From Antechinus flavipes (lineage: Eukaryota): a stretch of 64,000 bases of DNA. Below the pieces are notes generated by a model, which saw nothing but the letters and a program-made list of their open reading frames with translations, did not search any database and was not told the DNA's origin. The stretch is from assembly GCF_016432865.1 (NCBI RefSeq), contig NC_067402.1:219418001-219482000 (forward strand). Direction: 5' to 3'. The position numbers and the translations under genes were made by a program. This document shows, one piece after another, positions 1-17,700 of this stretch (position 1 is the first letter of the stretch; every line of letters starts with the position of its first letter).

Positions 1-1383
1 ATCTCCAGAACTTCATCCAAGTTTCTGGGAAAAAAATTTGTTTTGTCCAACTCCATCACTGGCTAGGAAAACCTAAAGTCCTACATTAGAAAATTTCATC
101 TAACTGACTTGGTGAAGGCTCCAAGCATCTTTCTAAGATGATTAATTCAAACTTTTCCACTCTCTATTTCTCAGTAGGGAACACAGCACCAACATTATCT
201 TATCATGCAGCTAGATGGGAATGAAGCTAACCATACTCTCCCAATACAAACTTTTTATCTTTCTTTCTCCCAAACGAAATCCTCAAGGAGTCAAAAAAAA
301 GTAGGAAAGACTGGATATTCCACCCAGCTGTGCTTCATATGAGGTGGGGAGACATGAGTTTGAATTTGTTACCAAACAGAAAAAAAAATCCTATCATACC
401 ACACTCTACTTCTGCTCTCTAATTCTGACACTAGCAAAACTCGCTGATAACCCTCTCTTCAACACAGGGGTCACTCAAATGGACAAGAAGAATAATTTCT
501 TACTTTGTGGAACCCTTAGCCTCTCAAAAGATCCCAATTGTCTGTGTTAAATGATCCCAAAGTCTGTGTCAAGTTTCTCAACTCCTTTCCTATAGCTTAA
601 ATAAAGCTTACTTCTTTCACCTTAACTCTTTCAACTTGCTCCAAATCTCCTTCAGCTAAACACCTTAAATCATCCCACCCTGTCATCCCCTTTTGGGATC
701 TTCTCCACTTAAGCTTAGCTCCACTATCACCCACTTTATGAGGATAAGGATCCCTCATGGATCCTACCAATTCATCCTTATTTCTGCCCACAAAGCGACT
801 TGCCCCCATAGCTCCCTCATCTCTTTGCTGCAGCCCATTAGGGCTATCTGTCAGGTGTAGCCCCTCCACCACCCATCATCCCCACCCTATCTTGGTGCCT
901 ACAAATGAACTTATTTCATTCACTCCTCCTACCCTCCTTTCCTCCAGGGCTGAGATCTAGTTCCCCTTCTTTGTCATCCCCAAGTAAGCCAACCCCTGCG
1001 CCAAGCAAGCCCCTTTAGCTTGCCAGGCCCAGCCCCCCTGTACCCCTTATCTCCATAATGCGCTAGGCCCACCCTATCATATCCCACCCCAACTAGTGTC
1101 AGGCCTAGCTGGATCTAGTCATCCTCCCACTCCACCTTCTTACCTTTTCCAATACTCCAAACCCCTACCCACCAACTTCACTCTCTCTTTGCTCCGGTCC
1201 CCCGACTCAGGAGCTCCCCGTTAGGCCTGCCCAGCCCTGCCCCCTTCATCCCCAGTCCCTCCCTGGTCCGGGAGGGCGCCGAAGCCCGGTCCCCTTACCA
1301 CCCGCAAAGCAGGGCCTCTCTCCTCCCCAGTTCACCGGAGCCTCCTATCGCCCCAGCCCTTTTGGCTCCACCAGCTCCAGTAC

Positions 1384-1540
1384 CTAAGCCTCAGTCTACC
1401 CAATCGGGCCCGAGCCTGTGTCGAACAAACAGCTGCAAGTCAACCAAACCCTTCTTCTCCTCCTCCACCTCCTCCTTCTCTTCACCCTGGGGCGGCGGCC
1501 TCGACCAATAGCAGCTTCCTCCACTCGCCGCTGGAGGTGG
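1384..1540 (-). other. RAB5B: RAB5B non-coding exon 1 (5' UTR); intron 1 runs off the left end of the window
   Basis: Minus strand reads ...TTGCAGCTGTTTGTTCGACACAGGCTCGGG..., like the recalled human RAB5B 5' UTR, and ends at donor TAG|GTACTG (GT at 1383-1382). Lies in a CpG island and in the syntenic position downstream of CDK2. Start is approximate. Confidence 0.75.
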
Positions 1541-2300
1541 AGCTTACGTCAATACATTCGCCAATCGTCTTTGGGAAGGTGGGTTCTTCCGGCATTGTCG
1601 CTAACGAATACGAAAGGGAGCCCTGACGGACGAAGCACGCAACCAATAGACAACGAAGCTCCATGTAAATGAGCAACCATTAAAGAGTCTAGTTTCCGAG
1701 TAGGAGGCGGTGCGTTATTAACGGACGTCTGAAGCGACCAATGAAATCTCGACACCCAATGAACCCCCCCACCTCCTTCTTTCGACTCATAAACATCTAA
1801 TCAGGTGAGGAAAACGGGGAGGATCGTGGAAGAGATCTGACCAATCGTGTCACGATCTTGAGCTTGATTGGCAAATGAGGCGGGACAAAAAGGAAGCCTT
1901 TTGCTAACCTTCTACCACCGAGTTTGGGGTTGATACCGGGTTGTACCTCCCCTGAGGAATTCGCAGATCAACCCTAAATATTTATTAGGTGGATACTTTC
2001 ATTGGATTGGACAGAAGAAAGGAGAGGGGAATAGAGGTAGAGGGAATGTTCACTTCCGGGGTCGGGGCAAAGGTCATGACCCCCTTTGCTTGGTTCTTGC
2101 TTTTTGACAGGGTCCCCACTGTGTAGGTTTCATTCTGGGACTTGAAGGGTAGGAAGGTGTAGGTGCTGTATTATTTCCGGGTCCGAGCGGCCTGACTCGA
2201 TAGTCTGTGTAACCCCATTTACATTTTTTTTGTGGGGGGAGGGAAGGGGAAGGTCCAAGGCGGGAATAATTGAGTTCCGTTCCGGCTTCCTCCCGCCAGC
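1500..2300 (-). promoter_or_regulatory. RAB5B CpG promoter with CCAAT cluster, CRE, ETS and E2F motifs
   Basis: CCAAT/ATTGG at 1505, 1561, 1643, 1738, 1756, 1841, 1867, 2001, 2006; TTACGTCA at about 1545; ACTTCCGG at about 2052; TTTCCGG at about 2174; GGCGGGAA at 2259-2266. Confidence 0.65.
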
Positions 2301-2465
2301 TTCCAGAGCTTCTTTGTGGCCCTGCCTCCCTAGCTCTGGCCTCCAGTCATTTAGTCGAAGGTTCAGCCCTGGTGAGGAAAATCCAAGACCTCACCCATGA
2401 CTAAGACCCTGCCCTCCGTTACCCCGAATCCCAAGGATAAAGAAACAGGCTATAAAACTAGGAAC

Positions 2466-2476
2466 TTTATTTTAAT
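2466..2476 (-). terminator. CDK2 polyadenylation signals (overlapping ATTAAA/AATAAA)
   Basis: Plus strand TTTATT at 2466-2471 and TTTAAT at 2471-2476. Confidence 0.7.
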
Positions 2477-2652
2477 GAATTACAAACTAAATTACAAATA
2501 ACATTAACAGGAATTGGTTGTGGGGATAGGGAGTGAGGACACACAAGACCATAGGAAGACAAAAATGACAAAAAATATTTTTTCTTAAGATTTCCCTTAC
2601 AAAACCCTAAAGGTGCACATGGCAGCAAAATTCCTCCCCGATTAAAAAAAAA

Positions 2653-2653
<1 letters not shown>

Positions 2654-2684
<31 letters not shown>
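2654..2684. repeat. (CA)15 microsatellite, read as (UG)n in the CDK2 3' UTR
   Basis: Seen directly in the sequence. Confidence 0.95.
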
Positions 2685-2693
<9 letters not shown>

Positions 2694-3751
2694 TACAACC
2701 TGGAATATAAATAGTAATGTCCTTCCTTTAAACAAATATTCTCTGGCATTCCTTTTGCCCAGTCATAACCTTCCCTTAAAAAAATTTCAGGCATTCTTCA
2801 AATAACTTCTAACCCTAACCTCTGCCCCAGTTTTGAGTTTCCTTCATTGGAGAATAGGAGGCAGAGATGCTAATTGAAACTACAAGCCAATTCCAAAAGG
2901 GATGGAAAAATCAAACACCTCCCACCCTTATAAGGCAGCAGTGAAGTAGTCATGAATTAAAATGAACAATTCTTTCTCTCTTCTTTGTCTCTATCCTTCA
3001 CCCCAAGTTCCATTTCTGCCACATGGACAGAAGGGTGGCAGACAAGGGGAACTAGGGCCAATTAGTTCTGTGGCAGCCCTTATTGGGACTAAGTTTTTAT
3101 TCTTCCACCCTGTAAGGGGAGATGAGCCATTCTAGGGTACAAAATCTGGTTTTATCTATTTTCTTTTTTAAAAATTCACAACAAAATAGACACACACCCC
3201 AAAAATAAAAATACACAAATTATTTAAAAGGGGCCCTGTGGAATGTTCTTTCAAAGCTTCCCACCTAGCCCTCTGCTTCTAGTAGGTCCTATATAAACAG
3301 TAGCAGCAGGAGGATGGGAGGGGTATGCTGAAAATCCTATGTTGTCACTCCCAAACTCAGGAGACAATCATCACCAGACAGAAGTCCTAGGTAGGGGGTG
3401 GTTTATCAGACAGTGGGGAGCCCTGAGGTCCTGTCTTTTGTCCATCCCCCTCAGCATAGATCAGGAGCTGAGGCTGCAGAGTCTGTCTCACTGCTCATGC
3501 CCTAGAAGGAGGCAGTGGAAGGCAGATGTTGGCTTAAGTGCATTGAATACTGAATCTCCTTTTCACTTCCTATCCTCCTCATTCCCCACCTGGGTAGAAT
3601 GGGAAAAGTGAGAAGGTAAGTTGAGAGTTGGAGGCAGCCAAATTGGCTTTCCCCTGACCCCTATCTAAGTTCAAACAGCTCTGGAGTCAGACCAGGGCTG
3701 ATCTACCCTAGAAGGTGAGAATAGGATTGGGGGATAGGGGCACAGCATGGC

Positions 3752-9760
<6,009 letters not shown>

Positions 9761-10069
9761 AGAGCCCTGTCCTGTCCTACTGGCTCCAGTAAAATACTCT
9801 ATCGCCCCATCCCTTTTCTCCAGCCTGCCAATTCCTTCCCTAGGTCAACTTTTCTTGCTTGAAAAACCTAAAGAATGGCTACTTTGGTGATAGTACTTCT
9901 CTATGTCCAATGATCATTCATCCATTGTAGATAATCTCCCGCTTCCTAGAGACAGCCACGTACGTCTCTGGAATCTATATCCTCTGCCCTTTGTGTCTTG
10001 TGTCTGCAGAGACTATAATCTCTTGTCCACCTTTTATCTACAAAGCTTGATCAAAGGAATTGAATAATA

Positions 10070-10320
10070 TTTGCCATTTATATAAGTGCTTTAAGATTTA
10101 CAAAATCTTTTTCAAACACTGCAAGAAGCACATCTCCACCAATGTTAAACATACTTTATTTCATTTGATCCCCATAACAGCTGTGTCAGCTAGATTGTGT
10201 TAATTATCCCCATTTTACAGCTGAGGAAACTGAGGCTCAGTTAAGTGATCATTTATTAGGCACCTACTCTGTGCTATAGGTCCAGGGACTGTGCTAGGTC
10301 TAAAAGTCTCTCCTAGCTCC
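10070..10320. mobile_element. MIR and L2 fragments between CDK2 and PMEL
   Basis: CCCATTTTACAGCTGAGGAAACTGAGGCTCAG (MIR) followed by CATTTATTAGGCACCTACTCTGTGCTATAGG (L2 tail, reverse). Confidence 0.7.
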
Positions 10321-11640
10321 AAGTTCAGATTTTTTGGGATAACTTTCCATTCTTCCAAGGGAGTCCTGGATAGAAAAGAATGATTTTGAATAGGGACAAC
10401 TGTGGTTCTGAGCCCAGAATATATCCAAGGGAGTGCTGGAGCCAGCCCAGACCAACTTATATGAGAGTCAATTGTAAAATTTTCAGTGTAATAATTTGCA
10501 CTTAAGAAATCAGCAAATGCTAAAATCAGAGCTTGACTGATTATTTTGACTGTCTTACAAAAGTGAAAATTTTTAAAGTATGTCATTCATACTTTTTCCA
10601 GAGAACTTGTTGTAAAGCATTTACCAATGTACCACTATTTTTGATTATATTTCTGTTATAATAATAATGGACACAGCAGGGCACAGTGGATAGTTTCCTG
10701 TATTTAGAATCAAACTTCAAATCCCCCTTTGACTTCAGATTTTAAAGCTCTGAATAACTGCATATAGCACTCAAAATATACAAAAAGCTTTTCATCCTTG
10801 ATTTTATGTAATCCTCACAACAGCCCTGTGATGGTGTAAATATAGTCATAGATAGTGTTGATAACTATACTTTATACTCATAATCTCATTTGATTCTCAC
10901 AACAACACTGTTTGATAGGAAGTACAGGTGTGAGAGTCTCCTTTTTATAGTTGAAAAATTTGAGGATCACAGAACCAGGTGGCTTCGGAAGGCTTATAAG
11001 AGCCAGAATTCTTAATCTCTTCTCCCCTCCTTCACACTATAAATCCACTACTCTCTCCACTAACCTTTGTCTTTCAGAATCTTCTTGTTTCTGTCTCACA
11101 GGTTGTCATATGAAGATATTCTGTCTCCTTTTTGTGAGGTCCCTGATTTGATGTAATTTAACTCTTTGGCTGAATCTGTCATACTGAGTTATTTGGGCAA
11201 CTGTGGAAGAGGAAGAGGAAGGTGATTGGTACAATGAAGATATGGAAAGATATTCCTTGATTTTTGCTTAATTCCTGTCTATTCCAGAGATTCAGGCTCC
11301 CATATAATTAGCAATTATCTGGGTTGTTGGGGGGAAATGGAGCCAAAAAAATCTAATCTTTTAGTGGGGTTCAAAGCAACAAGCAAGTATTGAAGTAGGA
11401 AAAAGAAAAACTTCAAAGCATTTTCATTCATTTCTGTTTTATTGTTAGGAAACAGAGAGGTTGTGGTCATACAGCCAATAGTTGGTAGAAGCAGGAAAAG
11501 AAAGAGAACCCACATTTTCTGCTACATAGAGCAGTGTTCTCTTTCTTACTTTTATCACACCATTATAAGTTACATCCACCTCTCTTCAATTCTTCCTTTC
11601 TTCCCTGGGAATTTGAAGGGAGGAGACTATAGGCAGGGCT

Positions 11641-11722
11641 ATGCAAATGAGCAGTAGTACCCCTTTCTTATATAGGAGCTAGCACTAGTCTCTGTGCTAT
11701 GGCTGTTCCACTAACAGAAAGA
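11641..11722 (+). promoter_or_regulatory. PMEL proximal promoter and 5' UTR: octamer ATGCAAAT at 11641-11648, TATA-like TTATATAG at 11668-11675
   Basis: Motifs seen directly about 50-80 nt upstream of the PMEL ATG. Confidence 0.55.
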
Positions 11723-11798
11723 ATGACACTAGGACAGATGATCTGGTTTTATTATACGGCCATGACCTGTGTCCTGTTGACCACAATAGCTGCTGATG
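11723..11798 (+). CDS. PMEL: PMEL exon 1 (signal peptide [25 protein letters not shown])
   Basis: 76 nt like human exon 1; donor G|GTGAGT. Confidence 0.85.
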
Positions 11799-14700
11799 GT
11801 GAGTATGAGAATAAGTATGGAGATGTTGGGAGGATGGGAGAGAATGGGCAGTTTGAGCTGGAACTATCTCCTAGGCTTAGATTCCAGATTCTCTTAGGGA
11901 CAACTCCCTTAGCCAATTTCCCAGGTCTCTTCTGACCCATTTCCCCATCTATTCAGAAGGACTTTAACATTTAGATTAAACATCCCTTCCTTTTCAGAAA
12001 TGTGGGGAAATTGAGCCAAAGCATTTCTTGAAGAGGGAAGCAATTTTGGAGTACTTGTTATTTAAGTTCTCATCCCAAGAGGATGAGAATAGATCATATC
12101 AGGATTTTTGAAGGTAAAATAGACAATCCCTAAAGTTGATAAATCAATTGTTCCTGCCTCTTCTAGTACCTGGCACTTTAGGGGATGTGAAAGAAGCAAT
12201 TCTTGGGGAAAAGAATGAAGTATATGAGATCAAAAGATTAAAAAGGAATCACTTATTCCTTTGGATGTGAGACACCTATTGTCTCTGCCTGCTATGCTGG
12301 GTCTAGGGATAGGGAGGCATGGGGGTCTCAGCTGAGAATCACATGAAAAGGATCTGCTGGGGGATTGGCACCTCGTGACTGGGAAGGGGGGTGGTGGTCT
12401 GGAATATCAGAAGTTACAGTAAGGAAGAGAGTGGAGAGGAGAAAGAAGGAGAGAGCTTATTACTCCTTTTATCCTAACAATGAGCTACTCAGTTACATTA
12501 TTCTAGGTTCCTTCTCTCTACCTCTAAGTCTCCAAGCCCATTTTTTAGTCCTGTTGTCCCTCTGAATCTTGGAAAATCAGAAAACTCCATCTCCCTAATA
12601 TCTGACCCAGAAGTTCTCTATTTTTTTTTAGTATAAGGATAATTTTTTAAAAAATTATTAACAGCTTTTGGTTTTCATCACTTAAATTTCCTCCTTAAAT
12701 TAAATATTCCTCATCCTTCCAGAGAGCCATATCATACAACAAAGAATTTTTTCATGAAAAACAGAAGAGGAAAAATTAGTACATACATAGATAGAGATTT
12801 ATATAAATTTATATGTGTAAAACCTCACAATATATGATATTCTATACCTGTAGACTTCCACATCTAGGCTAAGAAGTGGCAAAAGATGTCTTCTTGATCT
12901 CTAATTTTGAAACTCATTTGTGATTGTTCTTTCCATTTATATTGTTGTAATCATTATGTATATATTTTTTGGCTCTTATTAATTCATTCTGCTTTAGTTC
13001 ATATGAGTCTTTCCAACCTTTTATGCATCATTGCATAGGTCATTTCTTAAAGCACAATTATTCCATTCCATTTATTCCATTAATTTATTTTGTCATTCTC
13101 TAGTTGATACATATTTTGTTTAAGTTCTTCATTTCCACAAAGTGTGCTGCTATAAACATTTGGTAAATATGGGTTCTCTGGTAAATATGCCTGAGTGGAA
13201 TCTGGATCAAAGGATATGAACATTTTGTCTGATAGATTTTTCTTTNNNNNNNNNNNNNNNNNNNNNNNNNNNNNNNNNNNNNNNNNNNNNNNNNNNNNNN
13301 NNNNNNNNNNNNNNNNNNNNNNNNNNNNNNNNNNNNNNNNNNNNNNNNNNNNNNNNNNNNNNNNNNNNNNNNNNNNTTCACAAGTCCCTCACATGGTAGC
13401 AGTTGTACTATTAGTATCCATTTATTGAAAAAAAAAAGCTACTAAGAATTCAGTAACACTTTTAAATTCATTTGTATTGTATGAGTAACAATATCTATAT
13501 ACAGTTGAAATGTAGTGATACATAAATTCATGCAACATTATTTCATGGGATTATAGCTTCAGAGCTAAGAGGGAACCCAGAGGCAATCCAGATAAGGAAA
13601 CTGTGGTCTTAGATGATACAAGTAGTATGTCTGAATATTTATTCAATCTGTAAAAGATCTGTTTGACCCATTGTAATATCTCCTTGCTTCAAGTTGGAAA
13701 CCACCAAGTTCACCGATCTGTATCAGTTTTAACCATGATGACTTTGTTTTCCATAGAAATTTAGAGTACAGAATTGGGTCCTCCATCAGATTCATCTAGA
13801 CAAGGGCTTTATTGTTCTCTCAGCATTCTCCTCCACAAACATGTATTCTTCTAGTTATCTTCTTCTGCTGTTCCTAGCCCTTTTCTAGATCCTTCAAAGA
13901 TTTCCCATTCTTACTAAACAAAGGATCACTTTCCTTGATACTGTACCCACCTCTCACAATATTCTCTTTAATCTATTGCAATATGGCATTTATTACCTAG
14001 AAGCAGTAAAGCATGGTAGATAAAGGGGTTGACCTTAGAATTTGGAAAATGGGTTCAAATTCTTTTTCTGACACATAGTAGCTAAGTGACCATGGGTTAG
14101 TTTCTGTATTTAGAGTCCTAGGTAAGAAAGGGTAGTAGTATCTTACTTCAAATATGAGTTGCAGACCTATACCAGTATATGTATATATGTTCCCATACCA
14201 ATGAAATCACAAGTCCAAAACAACAAAATATAAATATATAAATAATAAATATTAAACCACAACCATCACCTTCCTCCTCCTTGTTCTCTTCCAACTACAT
14301 ATTCCCTAAGTGGGAGGATTATTAACTCTGCTTCTTGTATTTTATTATTTTTAGGGCCACATGAACCAGGTTGGAAAGGTGCCAGAAATCAACCCCAGAC
14401 TAATGTCTGGGACTCAAAGTTGTATCCAGAATGGACAGAAGCCGGAATTCGGGGTCTTGACTGCTGGAGAGGTAAGAAACAGGATTTGGGATATGTGGGG
14501 AAAGATGGAATTAGAAAAATGGTAAGAGGAGCAAAGTTAGAAATAAGATTAGAAGATAAACCATCAAAATGAAAAGGGTCCTGCAGAGGTCAGGATCCCC
14601 AACTAATGCTCTTTCCTTATCCAGGAGGCCAGGTGACACTGGAGGTCAGTAATGATGCCCCAACTCTGACTGGTGCCCATGTTTCCTTCTCTATTATCTT

Positions 14701-17700
14701 GCACTTCCCTGCAAGCCAGCAGGTCTTGCCCAATGGACATATTATTTGGACTGGCAATGGTACTATCAATGGTAAGGGACCTCTCTTTGTGCCTGAGTAT
14801 ATCTCCTAGTAGCCTTTCTGTGTATTCTCCCTAATATCCTCACAAATTTAATAATGCCTCATGTGGCTAGAATGCTGCCCCATTGAGCCACTGGCTCCAT
14901 TTATTAGTGATTGGGATTGGAGTATAAAAAGATATTAAAGTTCAAAGATGACCATGTTTCTTTCAGGGAGCCAGGTATGGGATGGACAACCTGTTTATCC
15001 TCAAGATTCTGATGCTGCCTGTGTCTTCCCTGATGGACAACCCTGCCCATCTAAGGCTGGACCTCATAGGAGCTTCATCTATGTCTGGAAGACTTGGGGT
15101 AAAAAATTGTCTTCTCTGAACCTATCAAGGCATTCAACTCCTTCCCTCTATTCATTTCTGGGATCAGCTTAATCCTGACCTTCTTTCCCTTGAACCTTAT
15201 TCTGCCCTTTTGGTCCTAAGATTCCCCCATTCCATGGTTCTATATCTTGGATCTTTTTTTTTTTTTGATAACTCACTTTGTACTCCTTTGAACATCTTGC
15301 CAATATCAGCTTTATTGGGACCATACCCCAATATGCACCTTTGTCCTCTCTGGGTCACATAGTTGAAATTCTTTAATCTTTCTCTCTATCTTGACTACAG
15401 GAAAATATTGGCAAGTTTTGGGAGGTCCAGTGTCCAAACTGAGTATTGAGACACTTGGAGTAGCTACAGGTCCCCATACCATGGAAGTGACAGTTTATCA
15501 TCACCGAGGACCTCGGAGTTATGTGCCCATTGCCAGAGGCTTGTCTACCTTCACCCTTACTGGTAGGAGAAGAGAATAGAATCATGTTTGTAACAAAAAT
15601 AGACAAGAAGTCTAGGAAGGGATTGTTTTCAAGAGGGACTAGCCAGATGCTAATATTGGGGTAGGGAAGTATTTTGTTGTGGGAACTGAGTCAGGGAATT
15701 TGCATGATTATAGAAAATATGAGGGTAAAGAACTAGTGAAGAATCAGTGCAGACCAAAAAATAAAATAGTCTTAGAAATGGATTCTCCAGTTATTCTGGA
15801 TGTCCAATTTCAGAGAGGGTTGGGAAAATGGGAGGAGTCAGAAAAGTCTTTGACCCTGCATCTTATTCTTTCTGATCCCACTCCAGACCAGGTTCCATTC
15901 TCTGTGAGTGTGTCACAGCTTCAGGCTCTGGATGGGGGAGAGAGACACTTTCTGAGAAACCAGCCCTTGATCTTCAACCTCCAGCTCCATGATCCTAGCA
16001 GCTATTTGTCCCAGGCTGATCTATCCTACACTTGGAATTTTGGAGATGGCAGTGGGACTCTCATATCCCGAGCACCCACTGTCACTCACACATACCAGGT
16101 GTCTGGCCCTGTAACTGCCCAGGTGGTTTTAGAGGCTGCTATTCCCCTAACTTCCTGCAGGACTTCTCCTGCTCCAGGCACTGATCTCCCAAGCACCCAA
16201 CCCTTGGGCACCACAGATGGAAGAATAACAACTTCAGAAACCCCTGGAACCACAGCTTGGGAGGTTCCAACCACAATGGCCTTTACTCCCACAGCCACGG
16301 AGATACCAACTACAGTGGCCTCTGGCACCACTATTAGGGAAGCACAAACTATACAGGTCTCTGGGACTACAGCTGGAGAAGTACCAACTGCAGTGTTCCC
16401 AGTTACCACTGCTGAAAAAATGCCAACTGTAGCACCAAGTGCTAATACAGACGAGGGGGTTTCAGTCACAGACATAATAAGAAATGTAACAGGAACAGGA
16501 CAAACTATGGAATCTGTGGAGACCTCTGATATGGTCATGGTAAGCCCAGGCACCAGCCCAGCTATTCCTGAACAGAGCACCTCAGAGGTACCCACAACCC
16601 CTTCTTTAAGACCAGAAGCCACCAATCTCCCTGGAACAACAGGTGGGTATGCTTGGGATTCAGGAATTCTGGGTCCCTGCCCTGTCCCTGCCCTAGGGAC
16701 AGAACAGCTTGTCCCTAGAAGTAGAAAAGAAGGGAGGGATGTGTGGTAGACTCTGAATTAACCTGCATTGGGTTTACATTTCATTTGTATGCATTATTTC
16801 ATATTTAAGGTGTAGAAATCCCCCGGTCCTTGATATATAACCCCAATTTTCCCAAATACCCATTTCAACTAATTAATGCATCTGATTGACCTGGTCCTAG
16901 CTAGAAAAATTCTAAAACTCCTGTTTATTATTAACGCCCCTCCCCCCCCAATCTTCTTTTCTCACTATATGTTAAAGGATTATCAGTCCTCCCCTCTGCT
17001 GGCACAGCTGAACTGGCTCTGGTGAAGCGTCAGATTCCTCTGGACTGCATCCTGTATCGGTTTGGCTCATTTGCTCTCACCCTTGACATTGTCCGTGAGT
17101 CCTATCTATCTGCTTAATTCAGGAGAGGCTTGGAGGGGAACAGGAGGGAGGCAATAGTTTCCCAAAGCCTTGAGAAGGAAAGACATCTTGGCAAGATCTC
17201 CACAAAAATTCTGGGGCTCTGAGCCAGTTCCAAAGTTCAGGGGACACTTAGACAAGGGATCCTTATTTGGAAGAATCAGCAGTTTCCATATCACAGAGTT
17301 GGGGAATAGCTTGATTCTCTGAGCCTCAGTTTCCTTGGAAGTTGGAGATTATCTCCAAGGTCTTTCTGGACATAAACCCTAAGAATTCCTATGTGATTGT
17401 TCATCTTTCCACAGAGGGCATTGAGAGTGCTGAAATCTTGCAGGCTGTGCCTGTCAGTGAAGGAGATGCAATTGAACTGACTGTATCTTGCCAAGGCGGG
17501 TGAGTGGTCTTTGGGACAATGACCCTTGAAAATGTTTAATTTCAAGGGACTCACCAATCCTGATTGATAGCACTCTGCTCAGGCTTTCTCCTCAGTTCCC
17601 TGCCATAAACTGATTCCCTTCTCCCCACCCCTCCGCCATCCCCCATATTCAGGTTGCCTGAGGAAGTTTGCACAGAGATCTCATCTCCTGGATGTCAGCT

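Larger units (their letters stand above)
2451..3751 (-). other. CDK2: CDK2 3' UTR
   Basis: Follows the TGA at 3754-3752. The end TTAGTTTGTAATTCATTAAAATAAAGTTCCTAGTTTTATA resembles the recalled human CDK2 mRNA end. Confidence 0.75.

Noticed and set aside
13100-13428. ORFs spanning N runs (also 56797-57069)
   Set aside because: Artefacts of translating assembly gaps.
15679-15886. N-terminal 69 aa of the 356-aa ORF
   Set aside because: Intron 5 sequence that is open in frame by chance. PMEL homology starts at the acceptor at 15887, and the ORF tail after 16642 is intron 6.
16086-16625. 179-aa minus-strand ORF
   Set aside because: Antisense shadow of the Thr/Pro-rich PMEL RPT codons.
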